Assembly (NCBI GenBank): GCA_012862495.1
Contig: BLSG01000391.1
Location: forward strand, 28,388 to 74,067
From: Thraustochytrium aureum
Lineage: Eukaryota
DNA: 45,680 nucleotides
Reading direction: 5' to 3'
Part shown: positions 1 to 10,790 of the stretch, one piece after another
Layout: each line of letters opens with the position of its first letter
Numbering within the stretch: the stretch's first letter is position 1
Program-made: the position numbers and the translations under genes
The notes under the pieces: generated by a model
What the model was told of the DNA's origin: nothing
Database searches by the model: none
Seen by the model: only the letters and a program-made list of their open reading frames with translations

Positions 1-306
1 AAGACGACTTTGTGCTCTTCAACGCGCCCTGCTTGTTTTGCTTGCTGTGCGATTGCACGCCTCGTTCGGGGTTTGGCTGAGACCCGCGCAAAGCGGTCGT
101 TCTCGCTCGGTTTCCAAACGCCCAACTAGTAGTCTGATCGAGATGGAGCCTTTCTGCAGTGCCTGGAAAGCATGGCTGCCGTCGGTTGCATGTCGAGTGA
201 TGAAAGGGCGGGCGGCCAGTCTCTTGACAGGGCCCCATCTCTTGCAAATCCGCCTCTCAAGAAGCAACTCGTGCTAGCTCTCTACTAGCTCTAGCTAGAG
301 CTAGAG

Positions 307-2533
307 ATGGCACTCAACTGCATCGAGAGGACTCGGTGAACGGAGCACCCAACGCTCACATGCTTGCCCTGAAAGGTCGGCCTCCATGGTCCGCCTTGTC
401 GACTTGGTGGCATGAAACCTTTCGAACAGCAGGATGCCTTGGATTTACTAGCATGCACGCACGAGGCGATGCCGTTCCGGGGCGCCGAAGTCGTGGCCAG
501 AGCAGCTGCGCCCAAGGCAACCAATTCGCTTCTTGCGCAAGTTCCGGTAGGTAGTACTCTAAGTAAGTAGAGGAGAATGTAGTGCAACGGCTCTCTTGTA
601 CGCGATTGCTTGCGGTTTCAAGCGGGTGGGGCAGTCAATCGAGTGGCCGCTTTCGACGAACAAGTCGGCGGTCGGGATTCGCGCGCTTCGGGGCCAGCCT
701 GAGGGTGGAGCGGCGAAACGGTACCTAGGTGAGTACTCTACTGACGCGTACATCGTGGCACTCGATTGGGCGCAGTACTAGTATGCATGCGTTCGCGACG
801 TCAACGCGAGCAAACGCCACGCGCCACCTCAGGGCGCCCATCCGTACGAGGTTGGTAAGGAGTCTGCATCTACGGCGAGTCACAACCAACAGAACTCGAC
901 GACCGCTCTGTGACAGGACATCCTGCGCGGTAAAAAGTATGCACAAGGAGGATCCTCCTTGGTATGTGCGCAATCTGCTCGCTCGCACACGCCTTGTCGT
1001 GCCATCGATCAGGTTGACGTCCAGGACAGTACGGTCCAGTGAAAGAACGCGCGAGTGATGCGGCTCCAACGTGACAACCCCAGCTTGCCGGCAAACTCGC
1101 AATTGTCGGCGGCGCTGGTACGCGCGCCACGCACAATGGGGCCGCAAACGAGGGCCCAGTGAGCGCGTGCCTTTGCGCGCAGGTCGCGTCTCTGGGGCGA
1201 CACGGATGAGCGGCTATGCTAGCCGGGCTCGTGCGGCAATCGGTCGGGGCGCGTTGGTCACGGAGTGTGATCCGGTCGATTGACCGCCTTTGCGCCACAA
1301 GGTGCCGGGAAATAACGTGCTCACCAAGGAGCACGTGCTTGTGGTGCCCGTCGGCACGTTCAAGAAAACCCTCAAGAAACTGCAGACGTTTTCGGTCAAC
1401 GAGAACTTCACAGACATGGAGCTATACGACCAGGGCGCTATTGCGCTGCAGGTCTTCAAGGGCCAATGCTTTTCGGGATGCAGGTCCTAGTCCTCGAAAT
1501 GCTCGAGGTGATGGGCGCCACGACCAAAGACGCCGCCGCAGCTGCGCAATCGCTGCGGCCGCGCCCGCAGCGGTCCTGCGAAAACGCATGCCTTCATCAC
1601 TCGGTCGCCGCGCTGTTGGGCCCTGAGCGCACCAATGCGGACGCTGGGAACCCCATTGTGCGGCGAAACCCGCCGATCTGCACCATCTTGGCCAAAAGCG
1701 AACGGGGAGGGAGAGACGGGCACGAGGACGAAGAAGGCATCGACAGAACAGTCCGCTGGGCGAAGGAGCGACAATCTGATGACCGTCCTGTCCTGCCCAT
1801 GGCGACCATGATGGCTTTCTTGCAAACCGGCAACCCGGCGTTGGTGCTTTGCGAAACTGAGAAGAACCTAAAATGCAGCTGACGTGTCGCTCTCCGGCAA
1901 GGTCTTGCTCCCTCTCGTGATTCCACCCACTGGCGGTTGGGGCTCGCTTGCCAGCGGCGCGAAGGCGGACAACGTTGCCAGGGCCAACTACTTTGATCCG
2001 CAAGTGATCACCAGCAAGTTTGTTTGTCGCGGATCTCTGTGTCGACACCGCAAGGCTGTCATCCGTCCAGCTTTGCGTCACGTGGACAGCGTCCAGCTTC
2101 AGTAGCGTTGGTCCACATCCTGTCCAACGAGCAGCCTCGCGAACCTGCCCAGCTTGCTCAAGAGCTAGAAGTCACCGATGTGCGTCAGGCAGCATCCCAG
2201 CTCGCTCCGGCCGATCTGCAAGGCTTCCTTCTCGTCGTCGTCCACGTGCAGCGCCAGTACGACGCGAGCCCGACCTGCATCGGCATCGACAGGGAAGGGC
2301 CGCCTCGAGGATTGGGGAGTGGACTGGGACTGCCACGTTGCAGGTTAGGTTTCAGGTCGAGTGACTTTCAAGAAACAACATGGGTCGAGGATCTAACCGT
2401 GGAGCTTCCTGCCAGCCCAGGACCCGAACGCGTGCGGCGCTCGGCACTTGCAAAGCCCGCGCGGCGCTCGAGCTCGGCCGCTGGACGCGCGCCGGCCTGT
2501 ATCTACAAGGCCGCAGGTGTGGTTTCAGGTTGA
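307..2533 (+). pseudogene. Possible decayed coding sequence (pseudogene or old mobile-element remnant), family unknown
   Basis: Short protein-like segments follow one another in alternating + frames, broken by stops and frameshifts: MKPFEQQDALDLLACTHEAMPFRG, YLGEYSTDAYIVALDWAQY*, KEHVLVVPVGTFKKTLKKLQTF, MMAFLQTGNPALVLCETEK, KVLLPLVIPPTGGWG. GC looks lower than in the neighbouring genes. No domain recognised; boundaries approximate. Confidence 0.3.
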
Positions 2534-2668
2534 CTTCTTGCTAGCTAGAGTTCTTCGGGGTCGGGGATCGAACTGTTGAGCTTCCTGACCTGACGGCCCA
2601 GGACACGAACGCGTGCGGCGGGCCGCTGGACGCGCGTTGGTCTCTATCTATCGATCGCGGAAGGCCGC
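2382..2668. repeat. Diverged direct repeat, two copies (~2382-2515 and ~2558-2668)
   Basis: Both copies carry the same blocks in the same order: gggtcgRggatc, gagcttcctg, gcccaggacMcgaacgcgtgcggcg, ggccgctggacgcgcg, tatcta, aaggccgc. The first copy has an extra ~36 bp. Confidence 0.75.
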
Positions 2669-2735
2669 TGCGCGCTTGGCTCGGGCTGGGACGCGTTGTT
2701 GCTTTTGGACCGGCTTAGGTTGCTTTGTTGGCGCC

Positions 2736-5700
2736 ATGGCCGGCGCCGGCGGTGGCAGCGCGGCGTGGCTGGATGCTTACAAGGTGACGCCCTGCGTCGG
2801 CGTTGGGCTGCGGCACACGGTGGCGATTGGGGATAACTCGAGCGTGATCGCGTTTGGGTCGAATCGGGAAGGACAGCTCGGCGTCGGCAGGAAGAAGACG
2901 CTGTGTGCCGAACCCGTGTACGTGCCGGACCCGCGAGGGAGCGCGAATGCGAGCTGGAAGGCGGCGCCTGTACAGGTCGCGTGCGGCGCAATGCACACCG
3001 CGGTCCTGGTCTCGTCCGGCGAGCTCTTCTGTTGGGGCCTGGCCGAGTCTGGCAGGCTCGGGCTCGGCGACGAACCCGGCGAGGACGAGGACCAGGGACG
3101 CGTGTACCTGCCCACCAAGGTGCCCACGTTTGGGGTCAACTACTTGGTCAAGTTTGTCGCGTGCGGCACAGACCACACGCTCTGCATCGACGGCAACTAT
3201 GACGTGTGGTCCTGGGGCATCGGCAACTACGGCAACCTCGGGCACAGCAGCAACAAGGGCGAGACGGAGCCCAAAATAGTCGAAGCGCTCCGCGGCAAGG
3301 TGACGCGAATGGTTGCTGCCGGCGCAAAGCACTCGGCCTGCACGACCCGCAAGGGCGAGCTGTTCATGTGGGGCCACGGCGACAAGGGCCGCCTGGGGAA
3401 CGGGGCGCAACGCGGCACGTCGACGCCAGAGCAGATCCAGGCCATGGCCCACACCTTCGTCGTGTTCGTCGCCTGCGGGGAGGCGCACTCGGCCTGCATT
3501 ACCGACTCGGGCGACCTTTACACGTGGGGCGCAGGGAGCTACGGGCGTCTCGGCCACGGCGAGGAGAGCGACGTGTTCCAGCCCGTCAAGGTGGAAGCGA
3601 TGGCCTCCCACCCCGCCGCTCACGTTTCGCTCGGCGTCTTCCACTCGGCCTGCGTCACCAAAGAAGGCATTCTCTACACTTGGGGCGGCGGCCAGCACGG
3701 CAAGCTCGGACTCGAGGTTGACGACAACGCGCTGAGCCCCACAATGGTCCCGCCCGCCTCGCTCGACGGCAACGCCGTCCTCCAAGCCTTTGCGGGTTCC
3801 TCCCACACTGTGGCCGTGTGCCGCAGCGGCGCTCTCTACACGTGGGGCGACCCGGTCAAGGGCAAGCTTGGCCGCCTCGACATGGCGAGCGCCAGCTCCC
3901 CGCGCCGCGTCGACCTGTCAAAGGGGCTCCCAGGCCTGGCGCGAATTACCCCGCCCCACGCAGCCTTCCTCGCGCTTGGAAACGACGTCTCTGGCAGCGA
4001 CCCCGCCGGGGCCCTGCTGCAGCGCTCGCCAGACGTCTCGTCGACCGCTATTCGCGCCGTCGCGGCCGGGGCCAAGCACTCGATGGCGCTCTCCTACGGC
4101 GGCGTCTTGTACGCGTGGGGCGGCAACGAGTTTGGCCAAGTCGGCAACGGGACCCGCGACGACGTGTACGCGCCGATGCGCATCAAACTCAACAACTCGA
4201 CGGGCCACCGCATCGAGGGCATCGCGGCGGGGGCAAACCACTCGCTCTGCTGTGTCTCCCAGGGCGACGTCTACGCGTGGGGGCGCGGCAACGAGGCCCA
4301 GATCGGGACCGGGTCCACCATCACCGAGACAAGCCCGGTGCTCATCCAAGGCCTGCAAGGGCGCCGCGTGACCTCGGTGTACGCGTCCGAGACGCACTCG
4401 GCCGCGCTGACAGACCAGGGCCAGCTCTTCACGTGGGGCGACCCAGACATGGGCAAGCTGGGCCACGGGCGCACGCTTACAGACGCCGACCCGGCGCTTG
4501 ACACCATCTCACTGCCGCGACTGGTAAAGGGGGCGCTGGATCGCCAGACCGTGGTCCGCGTCTCACTTGGCACCAGCCACTCCGGGTGCATTGACAGCAA
4601 CGGCAAGGTCTACACCTGGGGCGCCGGATGGCAAGGCAAGCTCGGGCTCGGGACCACAGAAAACCAGTACAGCCCGCAGCCGGTGCTTTCCCTGCAGTTT
4701 CGCGCCTGCCGGGACATTTCCTGCGGGGCCTACCACACTATGTTTGTCACCGAAGACGGAGACTTGTACGTCTGCGGGCGCGGCGACGCGCGCCTAGGTC
4801 TCGGCGACACGGACGACAAGCTCGTGCCCGAGCTCAACACGTCGCTCCGCGCCGAGTCAGAAAACGTCGTCGTGCGAGCTTGCGCGGCCGAGGACCACTC
4901 GCTCGTCATCACAAGCAAAGGCCGCGTCTGGGCTTGGGGCAAGGACCTCTACGGCAAGCTCGGCCTCGGCAGCGGCTCATCGGCGGGCGCTGGGGGCGCC
5001 AGCGCGCGCATCGAGGCGGTCCCGCAGCTCATCGACAACAGCTTGCTCAACTTGGGCACGCTACCGCCCGACTCTGCCGCCGAGGACGTGCGGAGCGTCG
5101 TCTCGCTCTCCAACCACTGCCTTGCTCTGGCGCAGGACAGCTCGGTCTACGCCTGGGGATCAAATGGCGGCGGCCGCCTCGGGCTCGGCAAGCANNNNNN
5201 NNNNNNNNNNNNNNNNNNNNNNNNNNNNNNNNNNNNNNNNNNNNNNNNNNNNNNNNNNNNNNNNNNNNNNNNNNNNNNNNNNNNNNNNNNNNNNNNNNNN
5301 NNNNNNNNNNNNNNNNNNNNNNNNNNNNNNNNNNNNNNNNNNNNNNNNNNNNNNNNNNNNNNNNNNNNNNNNNNNNNNNNNNNNNNNNNNNNNNNNNNNN
5401 NNNNNNNNNNNNNNNNNNNNNNNNNNNNNNNNNNNNNNNNNNNNNTTGGGCTATTCACTGGGGCAGGCGGCTCCGCGGCTTCCTCCTTAGCAGAGGCTGC
5501 GTCAGGCGGCGCCAACGGGAGCGCGGGTGCCGCTGGTTTGGGGGCTGGGAGCTCGCACGCCTCTGCCGCTGCCGCGGCGGCGGTCGCGGCTGCGGCGGTC
5601 GGGAGCGGCGTAGCCATGGGTGCCGCAGGCTTGCTAGCGAGCCGCGAGGTCGCCCTGGCCGGCAACCAGTCCGAGCTCGAGGGCCACGTGCGCAGCTACA

Positions 5701-8479
5701 TGGAGACCGGCAAGGTGCCTCCGCTGTACGTGATCCAGCTCTTCCTCAAGGCCGAGCCGCGCGCCCGCCAGGAGGCCGGCATCGTCGACCACCGCCAAGA
5801 GCTGGACGAGGCCGAGGCGCAGCTCCACGAAACGCTCGTGCGCCTCGTCCGCGTCGAGGAGGAGGTGCAGGAGATCGACTATTCGATAGGACTCGCGGTG
5901 GCCTCGACGGTACGCCGCCTCGGGATCCCCGGCACGGCGCCGCCGGGCACCTCCATGTACGGCGGGCCCTCGCGTAAAGAAGGCGCTCAGGTTTCAATAT
6001 CCAAGGCGCTCGCGGCCAAACTGCCGTCGTACGAGCACATTTTCCGGCTCCTCCTGAGCAACCCGCGCTACATGACGGCGATTTATCGCATTTACGGCGC
6101 GGCCGGCGGGGGGCGCATCGGCGGAGCCTCGGCCTCGGCGGCTAACGGTGACGGTCCGAGCGCCTCCACCGGGCAAAGCCTCTCCACGGGGGCCGACTGG
6201 CCGGCCCTTTTTCTCGAGCTCGTCGGAGGGCTGTACGTCTTTGGGGACCCGCACTGCGACCACCTCTTCCTGGTCCTTGCCCGTGCTGTACTCCGCGATG
6301 AAATCGAGCTGTTTCTGGACCTCTCTGCGTCTGGGGCCAACGGCCAATCCAGCGCGGGCGAGGCGGCGCTCGCACGCGATGGCGCTGTAGTCTCTGCAGA
6401 CCGCAGCCTGGGCGCCGAGCAGGCCGCGCGGAACGGCGAACCCGGTCGCCGCTCGTTGCGGCGGTTCTTGCAGCCCAAGCTCAAGTGTGGCTCATTTGTG
6501 GAGCTCGCCATCATGTTTTGCGCGCAGTCAGCGGTGACGGAATGGCTCAACAAGCACTTTGAGAATAGCATCACCGAGCTGTTTCGAGGCCACAGCTCGC
6601 GGACCTCGACAGGGGAGGAGATCAACCTCTCGTTTGATCCAATCAAGATCCACCACGAGCAACGAGGCAATCACGACGAGAGCATCGTGACAGACGCCGC
6701 GCGCGCCGACTTGTACCGAGAAGAGGTGGCGGCGTATCCAGAAGTGCGCGAGGAGCTCGAGAAGCGGCTTCGCGTGCTGCGCGACTTCACCCTGGGGATC
6801 TTCAACCAGATCACCAAGGTGATCACCGAATTGCCCCACTCGGTCCGCCTGCTCTGCAAGGTGCTGCACAGCGAGCTGTTCCGCGCCTTCGAGGCCGACA
6901 CCTCGACCGCGCCCATCGAGTTTGATCAGGCGATCGCCAAGTTCCTTGTCGACTACCTTTTCCGGCCGGCCTTCCTGTCCCCAAAGCAGCGCCGCATCCT
7001 GCCGCGGCACTTTGGGTCCATCTCGCAGTTGCAGCGCCGCAACATGGTCAATATCGTGGGCCTCCTGCAGAGCATCGTCTGCGAGCGATTGTACCCGGAG
7101 GAGTGGCTGGAGCCTCTGAACGCGGTCATCCGGCAGCACCGGGGCCACGTGCAGGCCATGGTCAACAACCTGCTCAATATCCCGAACAACCTCACCGACG
7201 CGCTCTACATGGACATCTTCACGGAGTACTTGCGGCCCAAGGAGGACCTGCTCAACCTCAAGGTGAGCCATCGCAGCCTCAAATTCGTCCGCTTCGCCCT
7301 GCACCACGAGAGCTCGTCGGGAATTTGCGGCCAAACCGACCCACTCTACCAGTGCGCACACGAGTCTTCGGGCGTCCTGGGCCAGGAGACCGACCGCATC
7401 GCCGCCGCCGGATTTGTTGACGAATACTCGCAGCTCAAGGATGAAAACAACTATCGAGCCAACCTCGTCGTCGAGCTGCGTTTCCTCGACATTCAGGGCG
7501 TCGAGCGCGAGCGAAAGGCAGACGGAAGACGACCTGCTCGCTTTGCTGAGGGCCGGGCCGCCGCTGACGCGCTGCCCGGCGCCGTTCACAGGGGCGCGTC
7601 AGGCGGTGGCGAGGTGTCCCGCAGCCTTAGAGATGGGCTGGTGGTCGACCCTGAGAGCCAGGTCCCGGTCCCGGCGTGGATGCTGGCAGGGGACGCCNNN
7701 NNNNNNNNNNNNNNNNNNNNNNNNNNNNNNNNNNNNNNNNNNNNNNNNNNNNNNNNNNNNNNNNNNNNNNNNNNNNNNNNNNNNNNNNNNNNNNNNNNNN
7801 NNNNNNNNNNNNNNNNNNNNNNNNNNNNNNNNNNNNNNNNNNNNNNNNNNNNNNNNNNNNNNNNNNNNNNNNNNNNNNNNNNNNNNNNNNNNNNNNNNNN
7901 NNNNNNNNNNNNNNNNNNNNNNNNNNNNNNNNNNNNNNNNNNNNNNNNNNNNNNNNNNNNNNNNNNNNNNNNNNNNNNNNNNNNNNNNNNNNNNNNNNNN
8001 NNNNNNNNNNCCTCAAGGCCGAGTTTGAGAACGCGGGCGCACACCTCGGTGCGTACGGCAAGTACAGCTTGCGGGAGCTGTTGGACCTCAAGGTCGTGTC
8101 CTCGATCGTGTCAGTGGTGGCCAAGCCCGTGGACCGCAGCGCCCCTCCTTCTGGCCTCAACCCTGCGCCGGGCGACCGGCAGCCCGGCTCTGAGGCCTCT
8201 GGTGCAGAGTCTCGCAATGTGGCCACGGACGTGTTTCTCAAGAACAAGGCCAACATCCGCTTCATCTTCACGTCGGCGCGCACAGGGCTCTTCCACGTCT
8301 CGGTTGTGCTTCGGCGCGACGCCATCATCGGCCAGTTCGACGTGGTCATGTCGCACCTCGCAGAAATGGAGCGAGTCGCTCGTTCCTCGTTTCGCCCGTC
8401 GGAGCTCCCACTCAACTTTTCCGTCTCGCAGCTCAAGTTTCTCCTCGAGGAGATCACGATGAAGCAGCTGCTCGCGTAG
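2736..8479 (+). CDS. RCC1-repeat protein (14 repeats) fused to IQGAP-like RasGAP and C-terminal domains
   Basis: ATG at 2736 (gccATGg). Fourteen (W/F/C)G..G.LG RCC1 motifs with GxxHS/T blades lie at 2736-5194. YEHIFRLLLSNPRY, NLSFDPIKI, ELPHSVRLLCKVL, FRPAFLSP and QRRNMVNIVGLLQ match the IQGAP/RasGAP GRD. After the second gap, KYSLRELLDLKVV..NIRFIF..GLFHVSV..NFSVSQLKFLL resembles the IQGAP C-terminus; TAG at 8477-8479. Two N-gaps interrupt it, so the frame across gaps is not verifiable. Confidence 0.85.
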
Positions 8480-8651
8480 GGTGGGGGAACTGCCAAGTGC
8501 AAGCTGGATAGAGGTCGAGCGCGCGCGCGCGAGCGAGGTCGCTCGGCGCGCCTGGTTTGCTTCTTCTTTGGCGCTTGAGAACTCTCAACGAAACATAGCG
8601 AGTACATAGATTCAACTCGAAGTAGAGCAGAGTAGCTTGGCCTCGGCGACG

Positions 8652-8764
8652 ACTTGATGAGCCTCATCAATCATGCCTCCGTCGCCAACTTGATGAGCCT
8701 CATCAATCATGCCTCCGTCGCCAACTTGATGAGCCTCATCAATCATGCCTCCGTCGCCAACTTG
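8652..8764. repeat. Perfect 36-bp tandem repeat x3, each unit with a 17-bp palindrome
   Basis: Unit acttgatgagcctcatcaatcatgcctccgtcgcca starts at 8652, 8688 and 8724. TTGATGAG-C-CTCATCAA is an 8-bp inverted repeat with a 1-nt spacer. Confidence 0.95.
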
Positions 8765-10446
8765 GCCTCCAGGGTCCGAAAGAGGTCGTGTGCAACAGCC
8801 TCGAACGGGGCGACCTTGCTCGTGGACTGCGGCGCTTGGCGCGCAGGCTCCGCGCGGCCGGTTGCCCGCAGCGCCATGATGGCCGCCCCGCGCGAAGCAG
8901 AACCCGATTCGCGGTGGCGCCGCACCACACGCCCAAGCGCGCTCTGAAAGACCGCCTGCACTGCCTCGCTCTTCGAGCCGCCCCCGGTGAGCACCGCCCC
9001 GCCGGCCTCGGCGCCAATATGGCACAAATGAGCTGCGACGCCCAGCGCGCGGCTCCACAAGACGCCGCGCACGAGTTGCTGCATCGAGAGGCTCGCCGGG
9101 TCGACCTCCTCGCCGTCGCGCACGCGAAACGCCCGTTTGCACGGCGCAATCGGCCGCGGCGCGATCTCCCCTTCCGGGTAGAAGAAGCAAAGCACGTCCC
9201 CGCCTTCGGGCTCGGCCCCCAACAACGCGGCATCAACGTCGTCCCAAGAAAGCGGGCCCTTGACGTCGCTCCGAACGCGGCCACCGGCCTTCCAACAGGA
9301 CATGACCATGAAGCCCTCACCGAGCGGGTGCGGGAAGATGGAGAGGCCGCCGGCCGAGGCGTCGATGCCGTCGCGAGTCCGGTGCTGCGAGAGGACCGTG
9401 TCTGAAGTGCCGAGGCTGACGACGANNNNNNNNNNNNNNNNNNNNNNNNNNNNNNNNNNNNNNNNNNNNNNNNNNNNNNNNNNNNNNNNNNNNNNNNNNN
9501 NNNNNNNNNNNNNNNNNNNNNNNNNNNNNNNNNNNNNNNNNNNNNNNNNNNNNNNNNNNNNNNNNNNNNNNNNNNNNNNNNNNNNNNNNNNNNNNNNNNN
9601 NNNNNNNNNNNNNNNNNNNNNNNNNNNNNNNNNNNNNNNCCCGTACCGCGCCTGCGCAAACGCGCCGACGGTCCCGACGACCGACGCGCTGCGCGTGAGG
9701 GCGCCCACCTTGCTCCTCAGGCCAGGCGCGGCGAAAATTTCGTCGAGCTCGCCAAGCCAGTCTCGCGTGTCGAGGTCCATCATGTTGGTCCCTGCTGCGT
9801 CGGCCCAGTCCGTCGGCGCCGGGCGGCCCAGGAACACGCTGCACAGCGCTGCGCTCAGCACGTGCACCAGGCCTGTCGCCTCATAGACGGCGGGCTCGAG
9901 GCGCGCCATCCTGCTTATCTGGTTGCCCGTGAACCGCTCGAACGCGACCGACCCGGTGCGCCGCGCCATCTCCGATGCGCCGCCCATCCTCGCCTCCGCG
10001 GCCCTGCACTCTCTCGCGCTGCTCGTGTCGGCCCAGGTCGGGCTCATCGAGCACGCCAGGCAGGCCTCGACCTGGTCGCCGAGGCCGCCGTTCGCATCAT
10101 CATTGACCAGGTCTGGGAAGCGGCGCCACCACACCGAGGAGTGTTGCTGTGCCGCGCCGCCCACGACGCCGACCTGAGCGAGCACATCGCGGCCGATGCG
10201 CACCAGCGCGATGTCCAATGCGTCAAACCACATTCGCGATGGGCTGCGGTTCACGCCATGCTCGGCGTCCACGACGACCTGCCCGCCGACGGTCCCGTAC
10301 TGGGCGAGCTCCACCTCGAACTCCACCACGACCTCCTTGACCACCTCGAGCGTCCCGCCCGCGTACACCGAGACCTTGAGCGATTGCGTGCCGCAGTCCA
10401 GGGCGAGCACGCCGTCCGCCGCCTGCGCCGCCGCGCTGTCCGCCAT
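8743..10446 (-). CDS. XYLB: Xylulose kinase (FGGY carbohydrate kinase, eukaryotic XYLB/XKS1 type)
   Basis: ATG at 10446 (MADSAAAQ). Motifs LALDCGTQSLK, MWFDALD, GAAQQHSSVWW, SPTWADTSS, RTGSVAFERFTGNQI, DAAGTNMMD, VSLGTSDT, FYPEGEI and LTGGGS are characteristic. One N-gap (9426-9639). Confidence 0.9.
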   Translation of the reverse strand: MADSAAAQAADGVLALDCGTQSLKVSVYAGGTLEVVKEVVVEFEVELAQYGTVGGQVVVDAEHGVNRSPSRMWFDALDIALVRIGRDVLAQVGVVGGAAQQHSSVWWRRFPDLVNDDANGGLGDQVEACLACSMSPTWADTSSARECRAAEARMGGASEMARRTGSVAFERFTGNQISRMARLEPAVYEATGLVHVLSAALCSVFLGRPAPTDWADAAGTNMMDLDTRDWLGELDEIFAAPGLRSKVGALTRSASVVGTVGAFAQARYGXXXXXXXXXXXXXXXXXXXXXXXXXXXXXXXXXXXXXXXXXXXXXXXXXXXXXXXXXXXXXXXXXXXXXXXXVVSLGTSDTVLSQHRTRDGIDASAGGLSIFPHPLGEGFMVMSCWKAGGRVRSDVKGPLSWDDVDAALLGAEPEGGDVLCFFYPEGEIAPRPIAPCKRAFRVRDGEEVDPASLSMQQLVRGVLWSRALGVAAHLCHIGAEAGGAVLTGGGSKSEAVQAVFQSALGRVVRRHRESGSASRGAAIMALRATGRAEPARQAPQSTSKVAPFEAVAHDLFRTLEAKLATEA

Positions 10447-10462
10447 CGCGCCGCCGGGCGCA

Positions 10463-10530
10463 GGATGAACGGATGGATGGATAGAAGGATGGATGGATGG
10501 ATGGATGGACGAATGAATGCCGGGATGGAC
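10463..10530. repeat. (GATG)n microsatellite-like tract just upstream of the xylulokinase ATG
   Basis: ggatggatggatagaaggatggatggatggatggatggacgaatgaatg is read directly from the sequence. Confidence 0.8.
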
Positions 10531-10790
10531 GCCGAGATGGACCGCGCTGCGAGGCCGCGAGGCACGGCGCGTTGGCGGGATGCTCGGGGACGGTGGAGCA
10601 AGCACGCGCCAGTCGCAAGGGCGCTTGGCTCGCGAGACGCGCGAGCAAAGTTGGGCGACTGGAGCTGACGTGGGCGCCCAGCGCGGAGCTGCGCACCGGA
10701 CGGCACTGCGGTGGCGTGCGCCTGCGCGGGCTGACCACTGATCGACGTCATTCTTGATCTTGAAAGATTGATTGATGTTGCGCGCGCAGT

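Noticed and set aside
2613..2735. ORF-track N-terminal extensions from non-ATG or far-upstream starts (also 10447-11016, 13640-13804, 18403-18636)
   Set aside because: These are GC-rich open frames without homology-like content; family motifs begin at the downstream ATGs.
2736..5194. UVR8 photoreceptor or true RCC1 orthologue
   Set aside because: There is no GWRHT triad, and the protein has 14 repeats fused to a RasGAP-like region.
7500..7620. Possible extra frameshift in the RasGAP gene (alternative frame reads TEDDLLALLRAGPPL)
   Set aside because: The main frame stays open up to the gap, and this cannot be decided without homologues.
8652..8764. CRISPR array (36-bp palindromic repeats)
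   Set aside because: Units are directly adjacent with no unique spacers, no cas genes are present, and the context is eukaryotic.
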